From: a virus
Taxonomy: Duplodnaviria > Caudoviricetes
IMG/VR virus record: IMGVR_UViG_3300033073_001153
Span: 1-64,000 of that record
Reading direction: 5' to 3' (one strand)
Length of the DNA stretch: 64,000 bases
The translations under genes were made by a program, and so were the position numbers. This document shows, in pieces, positions 9,875 to 19,120 of this stretch (its first letter is position 1; each line of letters begins with the position of its first letter). A model generated the notes under the pieces. The model saw only the letters and a program-made list of their open reading frames with translations, was not told the DNA's origin and searched no databases.

Positions 9875-9898
9875 CCTATGATGATACTACAAAATAAT

Positions 9899-10261
9899 TT
9901 AACTTTCAACTGAAAAAATATCTAAAAAATCAGGAATATCTATCAACTTTTCATTTATAAAATCTAATCTTTTGATAGATTTACGAATAGCTACTTTTTC
10001 AGAGTCTTTTACTGATGGATTTTTTAAACATTTGTCGAAATCTTTTCTCAAAGTTATGGTTTTTTCTAAAATTTCGAACAATCTATTTTTAAATTTATCT
10101 ATTTCAAAAGGAAGAACTAAATTGGATGGACTTTTAAATGCATCTGGATTTATAGGTACTGCCATTTGATAAAAAGGATGATCCGTTGCTCCGGGACCAA
10201 TTCCTGAAGTTTGGCGTTCTGCATTCGCCATGACATCTTCTCTTAAATTTTTACGTTTCAC
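9899..10261 (-). CDS. Hypothetical late protein (GTG start)
   Basis: Minus-strand TAAATA at 10268-10273, 6 nt from the start; begins MKRKNLRE. Confidence 0.65.
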   Translation of the reverse strand: MKRKNLREDVMANAERQTSGIGPGATDHPFYQMAVPINPDAFKSPSNLVLPFEIDKFKNRLFEILEKTITLRKDFDKCLKNPSVKDSEKVAIRKSIKRLDFINEKLIDIPDFLDIFSVES

Positions 10262-10295
10262 TAGAATTATTTACCAATTTCGACTAAATAATTTC

Positions 10296-10742
10296 ATGAG
10301 TAGTAATCTTTTTGAAAAAGCATTTGTACATGTTTTACGTGAAGCACCACAACCAGTAGAAACAGATCCCACAGCAAATGTTTCTGATTCTGATGCAATG
10401 GCTCAAACCTTAGATAAAGGAACAGATCCAGCAGATTTTGATAGTGATGCAGGTGCTGCTGCTGATCACATGGCAGCAGCTACAAAAATGCAAGCTGGTA
10501 TGGTTCAGTCATTACAAAATTGGATAAATGAACTTGAAAAATTTTCCAAATTCCTTAATGGAACCGATCCAAATTCTATGCAATCAAAATTAAAAAATTC
10601 TATTCCTGCAACACTTTTTGATAAAATTCGTATTGCAGAAACTAAAAAGATCGCACGTGTCGCAATGGAAGTTACTTCTCTAAATGAAATGCTTAAAGGA
10701 TATTTAGCAACTTCCGATGACAACAAATACAGAGGTGTATAA
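10296..10742 (+). CDS. Hypothetical late protein with a capsid-targeting-like N-terminus
   Basis: Start re-called from 10230 to ATG 10296 (TAAATA at 10285-10290); begins MSSNLFEKAFVHVLREA. Confidence 0.7.
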   Translation: MSSNLFEKAFVHVLREAPQPVETDPTANVSDSDAMAQTLDKGTDPADFDSDAGAAADHMAAATKMQAGMVQSLQNWINELEKFSKFLNGTDPNSMQSKLKNSIPATLFDKIRIAETKKIARVAMEVTSLNEMLKGYLATSDDNKYRGV

Positions 10743-10744
10743 TT

Positions 10745-11728
10745 TTAAATAAGATTTTTCATTACAAAATCTGTAGAGATTTCATTTTTGTCTAGCTTAA
10801 TTGTTACGTCATTGAAATCTTTACAGATTTTTCCTATATCTTTAGGCCACATAAACACACGTTCTTTTAATTCTATTAATTTCTTTGTTTTATTGAACGC
10901 TGCTCTATCTTTCCATTGAGAATCTAATATCCAAATTCTTTTATGAAAAGGATACTTATTCATTTGTTCTTCTTGATAACTAGTAAATAGTTGATAAGAA
11001 TTTTCTTGTATTCCTCCAACTGCTACTCCATTTTTCATAAAACAAGAATTAATCGGACCTTCAAATATAAAAATAAATTCAGAATCATTTTCTACTGAAT
11101 TTATATTAAATACTGATTTTTCTGCACCTATTTTAGAAATATATCTAGGTTTAAATATTTCTTCATTTTCTAAAATTGTTCTACTTTGATAATAGACAAT
11201 TTTATCGTTATCATCGAAAAAAGGTATAACCAATCTATTTTTATGAACATTATCTGTTAAAGAAATATACAGTGCTTTTGGTTTATTAACTGCAACATCT
11301 AATTTTCTTTTCTTTATAAATTCTACAGCTTTGTTTACTATTTTATTATTCTTATAATAAGCTACCTGATTTTCATCGAATAAATTTATACAATCTTTGG
11401 GAAGAGTGTCAGCAACTTTTTTTACTGGAATTTCTACTTCTTCTAGGGAAATATCCACCACTTCATTTCCCATTTCTTCAATAACTTCTTTCATACTAGC
11501 TCCAGTAATATCAGATACCCATTTAATTGGATTTGCTGAATAACCACAATTATGACAAAAGCAGAGATTCTTTTTAGGTATAAAGAAAAATCTTTGCTTT
11601 TTTAACCAACTAGAACCTTCCCTGCACATTGGGCAGGAACCTTGATATGTATCTGTATAGCGATTCTTTTTAGGACCACCAACAAATTGATAGAATTTAT
11701 TTACAATAAAATCTTCTGATATCTTCAC
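10745..11728 (-). CDS. gp61: DNA primase (T4 gp61-like)
   Basis: Zinc-binding CPMC...CHNCG, RLVIPFF...YYQSR, TOPRIM FIFEGPINS, KDFND. Confidence 0.93.
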   Translation of the reverse strand: MKISEDFIVNKFYQFVGGPKKNRYTDTYQGSCPMCREGSSWLKKQRFFFIPKKNLCFCHNCGYSANPIKWVSDITGASMKEVIEEMGNEVVDISLEEVEIPVKKVADTLPKDCINLFDENQVAYYKNNKIVNKAVEFIKKRKLDVAVNKPKALYISLTDNVHKNRLVIPFFDDNDKIVYYQSRTILENEEIFKPRYISKIGAEKSVFNINSVENDSEFIFIFEGPINSCFMKNGVAVGGIQENSYQLFTSYQEEQMNKYPFHKRIWILDSQWKDRAAFNKTKKLIELKERVFMWPKDIGKICKDFNDVTIKLDKNEISTDFVMKNLI

Positions 11729-11734
11729 TAGGCG

Positions 11735-11763
11735 AGTCTATCAGAAGATTATCACAAAATCAA
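11735..11763 (-). promoter_or_regulatory. Sigma70-type promoter of the primase gene
   Basis: TTGATT-17-TAGACT-6 nt-GTG. Confidence 0.65.
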
Positions 11764-11967
11764 CTACTTACATTTAGAAGTAATATCTTCTTTTGTTTCT
11801 GCATCGAGAATTTTAACAATTCCTTTTCTAATAAAAGCTCCTGAAGCATTATCATACCAAGCAGCTTCTACATAAATTTTATCACCATATTGGCGTTCGG
11901 TAATCTTTGGAATAGAAGGTTGTCCACTAATTGGCGATGTTATTTGAACTGGTCTTACTATTTCCAT
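11764..11967 (-). CDS. Hypothetical late protein
   Basis: Start re-called to ATG 11967 (MEIVRPVQITSP), 5 nt from minus-strand TAAATA at 11973-11978. Confidence 0.65.
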   Translation of the reverse strand: MEIVRPVQITSPISGQPSIPKITERQYGDKIYVEAAWYDNASGAFIRKGIVKILDAETKEDITSKCK

Positions 11968-11971
11968 AAAT

Positions 11972-12229
11972 CTATTTATCTTTTTTATTATTAAATTCAA
12001 ATTGTTTTTCTAAAATAGAAAAAATTTCATCTGGAATTTCTTCTACATGTTCAACAATTGATTCTTTTAATCCTAAATAAAATTTATTAATTGGAATTTC
12101 TCTATTAATATTTTTGGGAATAGATATAAAATTGAAAAATTCTTCAGATTTATCTACAAATACTAACATTTCTCCCACATAATAACCAGTGGTAACTGCA
12201 TAAGCATGTTTCTTTAAAGGATGATTCAT
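11972..12229 (-). CDS. Hypothetical protein
   Basis: 85-aa ORF. Confidence 0.6.
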   Translation of the reverse strand: MNHPLKKHAYAVTTGYYVGEMLVFVDKSEEFFNFISIPKNINREIPINKFYLGLKESIVEHVEEIPDEIFSILEKQFEFNNKKDK

Positions 12230-12233
12230 CTAC

Positions 12234-12584
12234 TTAAATAGGATTTCCACCTTGTCCGCCATGAATACTAAAAAACAATCTAGATAATGCAGTATTTAGG
12301 GCATCTGCATCTATCTGCGATCTAGCATTTGTAATGACTACTGGTTCACTATTTAAATTATATCCAATTAAAATAAATGATCTTAGAAATTCTTCCATAG
12401 TAGCAATCAATGCATCTATTTCCATTTCATTTTGCTTTGCAGCATCATCTAAATTTTTGATTAAAGCATCTCTTAATAATTTTTTAATTTGATCAGTAGA
12501 TACAACTGGTTTAATTTCTTTAGACTTCTTGATAGGAGCCTTTTTCTTCTTTGGAAGTTCTGGATTATCGCTATCTGTTTGCAT
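12234..12584 (-). CDS. Hypothetical protein
   Basis: ORF track 12234..12644; the ATG at 12584 (MQTDSDN) avoids a long overlap with the upstream gene. Confidence 0.6.
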   Translation of the reverse strand: MQTDSDNPELPKKKKAPIKKSKEIKPVVSTDQIKKLLRDALIKNLDDAAKQNEMEIDALIATMEEFLRSFILIGYNLNSEPVVITNARSQIDADALNTALSRLFFSIHGGQGGNPI

Positions 12585-12936
12585 TTTGTGATTTTTCTTT
12601 ATAAAATGAACTATTTTCTGAAATTGTAGGAATTCCACGATCAATAAGTGTTTGAACTATTACTTCGATAGATTCAGTACTTACTGAAAAATTCTTTGGA
12701 AAGTAATTTCCAAAATCATTAAATTCGAACATGATTTCGTCGTTAAAATCTTTATTTGTATAACAAGTTATAAAAACAGAAGTATTACCCGGATCTACCA
12801 ATACTGTCCACTTTCTACAATCCATTATACCGTAATTTTGGAAAACACGAAGAACTCCAAATTTACAATCTCTAAGACGTTTAATGAAATATCCCGGAGT
12901 TTTTATTTTATTCTGTTGTCTCTTGTTTAAACTCAT
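12571..12936 (-). CDS. Hypothetical protein
   Basis: 121-aa ORF coupled to the clamp gene. Confidence 0.65.
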   Translation of the reverse strand: MSLNKRQQNKIKTPGYFIKRLRDCKFGVLRVFQNYGIMDCRKWTVLVDPGNTSVFITCYTNKDFNDEIMFEFNDFGNYFPKNFSVSTESIEVIVQTLIDRGIPTISENSSFYKEKSQNANR

Positions 12937-13673
12937 ATAGAATATGCCGTTGCTGTGTATTTTAGTTTATACTTATCGTCTTCTACGTCAAAGGCGATAA
13001 ATCCCATATTAGTATTTAACCTAACAAGCGACTCAGTAGTCTTTAAATAAGAAATATTGCGGAACAAATCAAAATTAAAAGATAAAGGCTTAGTAATAGA
13101 ATCTCCTCCATAAAAATCTGAAATCTTAATAGAATAACTATCAATGTTATTCTTAGATTTATCTGTCAATTCTCCCATTACATATCCATTTTCAGTAGAA
13201 ATATAAATTTTATTACTATCAGTAATGAAAGTACTACTTTTTATCAAATGACTATGTGTAGTGGAATTTAATTTAAATTCTGTATTAAATTGAAGATTGT
13301 TTATTTTATCAATATTATAATTAGGAGATTTTACAATATTATCATTAATAAGATGAAATCTAAATTTAGTTCCCTTATCATTATACTCGATATTATTTTT
13401 ATTAAGATTTAATTCTAAAGTATTTTCAGATAAACAATCTAAAACTTTAATAAGTTTTTTAATATCAGCAAAACTTAAATTTATCTTTTCTTCGATTCCT
13501 TCTGTTTGAATTTCAGAACAGACAGAATACAAACTAAAATTTGTATCTGCTGTTCTATTTAAATTGTAAATATTATCTTTCTGTACAGTTAATGTACAAA
13601 GTTCATTGATCCTAGAAATAGGATTAAGAAACTTCTGAGTGAAATTATTCTTGTTTAAGATTCGTAAGATCAT
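12933..13673 (-). CDS. gp45: DNA polymerase sliding clamp (T4 gp45-like)
   Basis: About 246 aa from MILRILNK; FLNPISRIN, DIKKLIKVL, KFRFHL, KYTAT resemble a clamp fold; located in the replication block. Confidence 0.65.
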   Translation of the reverse strand: MILRILNKNNFTQKFLNPISRINELCTLTVQKDNIYNLNRTADTNFSLYSVCSEIQTEGIEEKINLSFADIKKLIKVLDCLSENTLELNLNKNNIEYNDKGTKFRFHLINDNIVKSPNYNIDKINNLQFNTEFKLNSTTHSHLIKSSTFITDSNKIYISTENGYVMGELTDKSKNNIDSYSIKISDFYGGDSITKPLSFNFDLFRNISYLKTTESLVRLNTNMGFIAFDVEDDKYKLKYTATAYSI

Positions 13674-14139
13674 CGATTTCCAATAAGGATAACATTTTTG
13701 ATAGCTTAATGTCGAGCTTTTTGATACTACTTTCAATAGCAGTTAATTTTTTATCAATTGATAATGCAGTCACACTATTATCAAAATTAAATTCCAACTG
13801 ATTTGGATCAAATATTTGATCTTGTGGTTGACCTTGTGGTTGACCTTGTGGTTGAAGAGTTTGATTTGGAATATTCGTGGGATGAATTTGTTTATGTTGT
13901 GGTTGAACATGCTGAACATGCTGAACATTTCCAATTGGAATTTTACCAGCATTTGGTGTTACAACTTCTTGGAAGACCTTGTTTGCTATATTTTGAAATT
14001 CTTGCTTTTTAGGCATTAATGTATTGTTAGGAGACACTAGTCTGCTATCAAATTGTGAAACTTCTTTATAGGTATGTCCCAAAAAACCAATTAAAGTTTT
14101 TTGTAATTCTTCTGGTGTTAGATCTGATTCGTCGTTCAT
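13645..14139 (-). CDS. Hypothetical protein with a Gln-rich low-complexity linker
   Basis: VQH x3 and QPQG x3; QLEFNFD is a possible clamp/partner-binding motif; coiled-coil C-terminus. Confidence 0.65.
   Translation of the reverse strand: MNDESDLTPEELQKTLIGFLGHTYKEVSQFDSRLVSPNNTLMPKKQEFQNIANKVFQEVVTPNAGKIPIGNVQHVQHVQPQHKQIHPTNIPNQTLQPQGQPQGQPQDQIFDPNQLEFNFDNSVTALSIDKKLTAIESSIKKLDIKLSKMLSLLEIDDLTNLKQE
13821..13855. repeat. 12-nt tandem repeat x3 (encodes QPQG on the minus strand)
   Basis: cttgtggttgac cttgtggttgac cttgtggttga. Confidence 0.85.
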
Positions 14140-14158
14140 AATTTATGAATATAGTTAC

Positions 14159-14191
14159 AAAAAACCCCCAAGTTTTCTATACTTGGGGGTT
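14159..14191 (-). terminator. Intrinsic terminator downstream of gene 32
   Basis: aacccccaagt-tttctat-acttgggggtt stem, with a T-tract on the minus strand. Confidence 0.85.
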
Positions 14192-14209
14192 CTTCTATTT
14201 CTTTCTATT

Positions 14210-15037
14210 TTAGTTAAGACCCTTCAGAAGTTCTTCTACCATCTCATCTGAAATTTCTTCTTTTGTTTCAGCAGCGGCAGCTTCTGCTGGTTTAGAAGCT
14301 GCAACAGTTGGAAGTGATGGCTTTTCATTCGAAATTCCTAAGAAATGAGTATTCCACATTTCAACAATTTCACTCTCAGACTTAATCTGATTGACACTAG
14401 TCAAATCATGAACACTTCCATAAATTTCTTCCATCTTTTCTTCAGATAGACCTAGATCTACTGGAGAAGTAAAACGACTTGCATTATAAGAAGTCCATTC
14501 TCCTTGCTTTTCAGCCTTCAGCTTGAAGTTAACTCCATTAGAAGAAAGATCAAATACACGAGGACCAAATTCATCAGCATCATCTCCTTCAATAGCTGAC
14601 TTAATCATCTTATCTAGCATCTTTCCATAACGGAAGATCTTAACTGTTCCATTATTTTCTGGATTTACTGGATCATCCACAACGTAAACATTAACGTACC
14701 ACTGTTCTTGCCACTTTACAGTTTCTGCCTTTGCCTTTTCTTCTGGAGAACCATTCTTAATTAGACGATAACGTTCCTTTGAAATTGGATCAGGTTGTCC
14801 AATAGTTTGAAGACTTAGTGTTGAAACATATTGACCAGTGGTAAAACTATTCCAACCATGTGTGTAGAAATGATAGAATGTATTTTCAGGACTCTTGATA
14901 TTAGGAAGTAAACGTAGAACGTATGTATTGCCTACTTTGAACTTTAGGATTTCCTTATAAAGAGGATTTCCTGTTGAAGTTTCACTCTTTGCTAGAGCAT
15001 CACGGATTGATTGAAACATGGATGGATTATATGTCAT
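14210..15037 (-). CDS. gp32: Single-stranded DNA-binding protein (T4 gp32-like)
   Basis: VLRLLP, YTHGW, NVYVVDDPVNPENNGTVKIFRYGK, FDL...NFKLK, YNASRF, acidic C-terminal tail. Confidence 0.92.
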   Translation of the reverse strand: MTYNPSMFQSIRDALAKSETSTGNPLYKEILKFKVGNTYVLRLLPNIKSPENTFYHFYTHGWNSFTTGQYVSTLSLQTIGQPDPISKERYRLIKNGSPEEKAKAETVKWQEQWYVNVYVVDDPVNPENNGTVKIFRYGKMLDKMIKSAIEGDDADEFGPRVFDLSSNGVNFKLKAEKQGEWTSYNASRFTSPVDLGLSEEKMEEIYGSVHDLTSVNQIKSESEIVEMWNTHFLGISNEKPSLPTVAASKPAEAAAAETKEEISDEMVEELLKGLN

Positions 15038-15139
15038 ATTAATTAGTTTTTAGTTTTTTTAGTTTTAGTTTTTAATTTACCAACGAGAGCGAATCTCTTG
15101 TTGATGTGCCTATAGTAGCAAAAAAACTCCTAGTGTCAA
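15038..15139 (-). promoter_or_regulatory. Gene 32 promoter and structured/A-rich leader (candidate autogenous translational operator)
   Basis: TTGACA (15139-15134)-16-TACTAT (15117-15112) with extended TG. Hairpin CAACAAGAG-AUUCG-CUCUCGUUG (15103-15081), then AAAACU repeats up to the ATG. Confidence 0.7.
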
Positions 15140-15432
15140 ACGGTTTTTTTCGAATCAGTGTAAATTTTATAAACCGTGATAGCTTTCTGTGTGGTATAAA
15201 ATTTTAAATCGAAATTTTGTCCTTCTGGATAAACAAAATAAGGAGCTTTAAAGAAATCTTCAACTTTGATTTCTTTATGTTTTGTAAAGAACCCAGACAA
15301 CTTTTTAAGACACAAAGCTACTGTGCTATTTATTTTTGAGAAGTCTTTTCTTAACTTGTACGGCTGATTTTTTGCGCTTCTTGACTCTCTTAGATGCGCG
15401 TTGTATATCGCTTTTTCGAAATCCGTAAACAT
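15136..15432 (-). CDS. Hypothetical protein (position upstream of gene 32 as for T4 gp59; homology not established)
   Basis: 98-aa basic ORF. Confidence 0.55.
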   Translation of the reverse strand: MFTDFEKAIYNAHLRESRSAKNQPYKLRKDFSKINSTVALCLKKLSGFFTKHKEIKVEDFFKAPYFVYPEGQNFDLKFYTTQKAITVYKIYTDSKKTV

Positions 15433-15724
15433 CTTTTTTAACTTTTACTCCTTGTTTGGAATTTAAATATTTTGAAATATACTTACTTTTTGAAATAGAT
15501 GCTTCATAATCTATGAAATATTTGAATAAATCAAAATCATTATCTATTGTTAGCATATGCTTTAATAAAGCTTTATATGCTTCATTATTTAAAAGTAATA
15601 AAAATATATTAGGAAGATTTAATTTCTTTCCATTAATCAAACACATTAAACTACAAAAACAAAGAAAATTATGATTGCTTTCTATTCTAAATGAACTTTC
15701 AGGTTCTTCTGTATTATTATACAT
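15326..15724 (-). CDS. Hypothetical protein
   Basis: 132-aa ORF whose 3' end overlaps the next gene. Confidence 0.55.
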   Translation of the reverse strand: MYNNTEEPESSFRIESNHNFLCFCSLMCLINGKKLNLPNIFLLLLNNEAYKALLKHMLTIDNDFDLFKYFIDYEASISKSKYISKYLNSKQGVKVKKDVYGFRKSDIQRASKRVKKRKKSAVQVKKRLLKNK

Positions 15725-15764
15725 GTATGGATTTATCTATATTTCAAAATAAATCCATTTTTGT

Positions 15765-16460
15765 TTATTTGTACTCTTCTAAAAATTTCTTATTACTTTC
15801 AGACCATAATTTATCATGTATAGATAATAATCCCGGAGAGCTATGTATTACATGAATTGGGTATACGCCGATTTTTAAATTCATACGATTAGCATCAATA
15901 CAACTAGATATATCATAATGATGGAACATATAATTTTCATTAAACTTCCACTTTGTTTTATTAATAGAAGGTAAATGTACTGCTAAAAATAATCCATCTG
16001 CAATAGCTACTCTAGAAGGAGTAGGACCAAATGCTGTTGTCATGGTTTGGCCTTGATTACCCGCTGGGTGTGATACTTCTCCACGTTGTTGGTTCTTTTC
16101 AGTCATTATATGCCACAATGCCAATTCAGTTAAACGAGGATTCAATCCACCAGCTAATCCAACTATATCATAATTTAATTTATTTTTAGCTAATTTAAGC
16201 TTTTCATATAATTTTAAATCATCAATATAAACATCGTCATGTACAAATACCAAAAAATCAGCATCACTGTTTCTGTATTCTTCTATTTTTCTATTATATA
16301 CAGTTGGCATACCATCTGAATTATTCCAAGTCATATCTAACTTTATTAAAGAAGAATGTAGTCCATCAATATAAGAACGATATAACGGTAAAGATTGTGC
16401 TTCTTCTTTAGATTTTCTAGTGCAAGAAATTAATATAACTTTAAATGGATTTGGAATCAT
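15765..16460 (-). CDS. Glycosyltransferase (GT-A / GT2-like)
   Basis: YN...FLVFVHDDV (DxD-like), IVGLAG, DGLFLA, FHHYDIS. Confidence 0.8.
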   Translation of the reverse strand: MIPNPFKVILISCTRKSKEEAQSLPLYRSYIDGLHSSLIKLDMTWNNSDGMPTVYNRKIEEYRNSDADFLVFVHDDVYIDDLKLYEKLKLAKNKLNYDIVGLAGGLNPRLTELALWHIMTEKNQQRGEVSHPAGNQGQTMTTAFGPTPSRVAIADGLFLAVHLPSINKTKWKFNENYMFHHYDISSCIDANRMNLKIGVYPIHVIHSSPGLLSIHDKLWSESNKKFLEEYK

Positions 16461-16505
16461 AAGAATAAAATAACATAAATTTTCAAAAAATCAATAAATA
16501 GTATT

Positions 16506-17246
16506 ATGAGTATTTTAAATCGCATTGGATGGGCAAATCGAGAAATTATAAATGAAGGATTACTTCATAGTGATGGATTAAAACAAAGAATAGCCAATCT
16601 ATTTAAAAGAACTTCTTTAGGAAATTCTCCAACTTATGTAGTTGGTAAAATTGCTGATACTCTCAAAGAAGAATTAGGAGAAGACTATGATATCAATGAA
16701 GTAACTGACGAAGATATCATCAGAATTGCTAATTCCGAATCTATTACAAAAAATAAATTTATTCCCGAATTACGTGATGGAATTGCAAATGCTCGTCAAG
16801 AAGACGAAGGAGAAATGTCTGATGTAATTGATAGCGGTCTTCCTTCTGATTCTTCAGATGATGACGATTTTGAAGATTTTTATGATGATGAAATTGATTT
16901 AGATGATCAACCTTCCGCAGTAATAATTCAAACCACACCAATCAAAACAGAAGACGATGACTTAGAAATGGAATTTTCTGGAGAATCTCAAGAAGACGAA
17001 GAACACGAAGAAGATTCTTCTGAAGAAGATGCAGAAGAAGTTAAAACATGCGGATGCGAAACTCATCAATCCCCTTTTTATGCTGGATATGCAAAAAATA
17101 ACATTAAAAAAGTACATAATCCAAAACAAATAACTAAAGAAAACGTAAAACTATCAAAAGAACAAGTCAATAAATTATTACACGAAAATTATATTAAAAC
17201 ACGCCAGCATAAATTTAAACAAGAAGAAAAATATAGAAATTATTAA
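16506..17246 (+). CDS. Acidic late protein, possible head-internal protein
   Basis: TAAATA at 16495-16500; IINE|G, ITKE and LLHE gp21-like sites; D/E-rich middle. Confidence 0.65.
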   Translation: MSILNRIGWANREIINEGLLHSDGLKQRIANLFKRTSLGNSPTYVVGKIADTLKEELGEDYDINEVTDEDIIRIANSESITKNKFIPELRDGIANARQEDEGEMSDVIDSGLPSDSSDDDDFEDFYDDEIDLDDQPSAVIIQTTPIKTEDDDLEMEFSGESQEDEEHEEDSSEEDAEEVKTCGCETHQSPFYAGYAKNNIKKVHNPKQITKENVKLSKEQVNKLLHENYIKTRQHKFKQEEKYRNY

Positions 17247-17268
17247 TAAAACCATTTAATTAAAAAAG

Positions 17269-17298
17269 AAAAAGCCACCAAATTACTGGTGGCTTTTT
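17269..17298. terminator. Bidirectional intrinsic terminator between convergent genes
   Basis: aaaaagccacca-aattac-tggtggcttttt. Confidence 0.9.
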
Positions 17299-17319
17299 CA
17301 ATTACTATATTCCTACTAT

Positions 17320-17544
17320 TTAGCCGTGAAGTAATACATTACCCTTGTAATTTTCTCGAATAACTAAACTTTTAGCAACTTCTAAAATAGATTCGGGAGT
17401 CATAGATTCCCAATTCATAATCCTAGTATCAGCAGTTCCTACTTTAATTACCAAGTAATTTCCTTCTGTGTGTACTGCTACCGTCTTTCCTGTTTTAGAA
17501 AACTCGGTAAACAATAATGATGTGATGTTATTAATATTATTCAT
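17320..17544 (-). CDS. Hypothetical protein
   Basis: 74-aa ORF immediately downstream of uvsX. Confidence 0.6.
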   Translation of the reverse strand: MNNINNITSLLFTEFSKTGKTVAVHTEGNYLVIKVGTADTRIMNWESMTPESILEVAKSLVIRENYKGNVLLHG

Positions 17545-17547
17545 AAA

Positions 17548-18654
17548 TTATTCTTCGCTTTCTGCTTCTAATTCCATTTTTTTAATTTCTGCATGTTGTG
17601 CAGCAGAATATACCCATTCTTCTTTAATTCTAGTTTCAAGAAGTGGAATGATTTTCTCTTCCCAAAATTCCGAATTATTAATGAATGTCTTTGCATAACC
17701 AATCTTTTCTCCATTAAAAACATAAGTAGATCCAGTCTGTTGAAGAACATTTAATCCCACTGCTAGTTCTAATAATCCATAATACTTATCTACTCCTGTA
17801 TTAAACGATAAATAAATTTCTCCTTGCAGATATTGCTTGATAAATCGGTTTTTTGAAATCAAAGCCCTCAATAAAATACCTACATAATTCTTTTGTAAAG
17901 CTGCTATAGAACCTGTTTCTGATTTAATTTCATCTTCTTTAACTGGCTTTCTAGATAGTTGAACAGAAAGACTAGGCATGTATACTACACTCTTTCCTCC
18001 ACTCATTGTTTTGATTAATGAAGGATGCATATCTCCGGGATTATCATAAATATGATTCGTAATAACAATGCCAGTTTTAGTAATTGCTGCTAATTGAGTA
18101 CAAGTTTGCATCAAAGACTTAATTGCACGTGCTCTGGTTCCCATGTCTACAGAAGTAGAATCTTTTTCAATTCGTGCATTTTCCATTGAACTTTGTAAAT
18201 TTCCCAGTGAATCAATAGCAATAATAAACTTACCTTCTAAATTATTTTCTTTAACTGCTGTTAAAAACTTATGAATACTATTACGACATTGTTCTACATT
18301 GAACACAGGAACGTACTTTACTTTGGTAGTATCTAATCCAAGACGTTCAGCACTTTCAGCATCAATTGCATTTTCAGTATCAAAAATAACAGCAATCAAT
18401 CCTTTCTTTTGAGCATTTGCAAGAATTTTCTGAATGAAAAGACTTTTTCCAGTTTGGGATTCTCCGTATAGCATGGTCACCCTTCCCATAGGGACTCCAC
18501 CTTCTCTTAACTTTCCACTCATGATTCCATTGAGTACATAAGAACCTGTATCAATCCAAGTATCAACTCTACTCATGCTAGATTCATTCAAAAATGAAGC
18601 AAAGGGATTTCCTTCTTCTAAAGTTTCTAATGTCTTTAAGATATCTTTATCCAT
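17548..18654 (-). CDS. uvsX: RecA-like recombinase UvsX
   Basis: IDTGSYVLN, Walker A GESQTGKS, FDTENA, IDSLGNL, ITNHIY, SGG. Confidence 0.95.
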   Translation of the reverse strand: MDKDILKTLETLEEGNPFASFLNESSMSRVDTWIDTGSYVLNGIMSGKLREGGVPMGRVTMLYGESQTGKSLFIQKILANAQKKGLIAVIFDTENAIDAESAERLGLDTTKVKYVPVFNVEQCRNSIHKFLTAVKENNLEGKFIIAIDSLGNLQSSMENARIEKDSTSVDMGTRARAIKSLMQTCTQLAAITKTGIVITNHIYDNPGDMHPSLIKTMSGGKSVVYMPSLSVQLSRKPVKEDEIKSETGSIAALQKNYVGILLRALISKNRFIKQYLQGEIYLSFNTGVDKYYGLLELAVGLNVLQQTGSTYVFNGEKIGYAKTFINNSEFWEEKIIPLLETRIKEEWVYSAAQHAEIKKMELEAESEE

Positions 18655-18692
18655 AGATCTATATCATAGCAGTTTATGTAAAAAAATCAAAC

Positions 18693-18727
18693 AAAAAACC
18701 CCATCAATTTTTAGTTGATGGGGTTTT
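18693..18727 (-). terminator. Intrinsic terminator
   Basis: aaaaaaccccatcaa...ttgatggggtttt. Confidence 0.85.
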
Positions 18728-18744
18728 AAAAAACTTAATTAATT

Positions 18745-19086
18745 TTAATCTTCAAAAAGCTTAATTACTGGTGCTTCTTGAGCAGGTGCTGGTGGTGCTG
18801 GATTAAACACACGGGTATATTGATCTACCAGCTTTGCATCAATAGTTACATTTCCCTTTACAATAGTTTGTACATTATAATCCCAAACTGTTCCGTCTCC
18901 ACGGACGGAAGTATCTACAAATTCAGTAAAAAATAATGGAATTAATTGAACTTGTAATTGTCCGTTCTGTGCTTGAACGACATTAATCATGGCTGGGTTC
19001 TTAACAGAAAGAATTCCATTTTCTGTTTTAACTTCTTCAGCAAGGATAGTTCGTCCGATAGAATCGATAAATGTAGTGATTTTCAT
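18745..19086 (-). CDS. Hypothetical protein (small beta-barrel-like, adjacent to gp43)
   Basis: 113-aa ORF; VKNPAMI...QLIPL...Y.RVF pattern. Confidence 0.65.
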   Translation of the reverse strand: MKITTFIDSIGRTILAEEVKTENGILSVKNPAMINVVQAQNGQLQVQLIPLFFTEFVDTSVRGDGTVWDYNVQTIVKGNVTIDAKLVDQYTRVFNPAPPAPAQEAPVIKLFED

Positions 19087-19120
19087 ATCAGTTAGTATTC
19101 TAACAAAAAAATAATATTAA

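Noticed and set aside
15136-15432. Assignment as the gp59 helicase loader
   Set aside because: Position fits, but the ORF is only 98 aa and the motif match is too weak to call without an HMM search.
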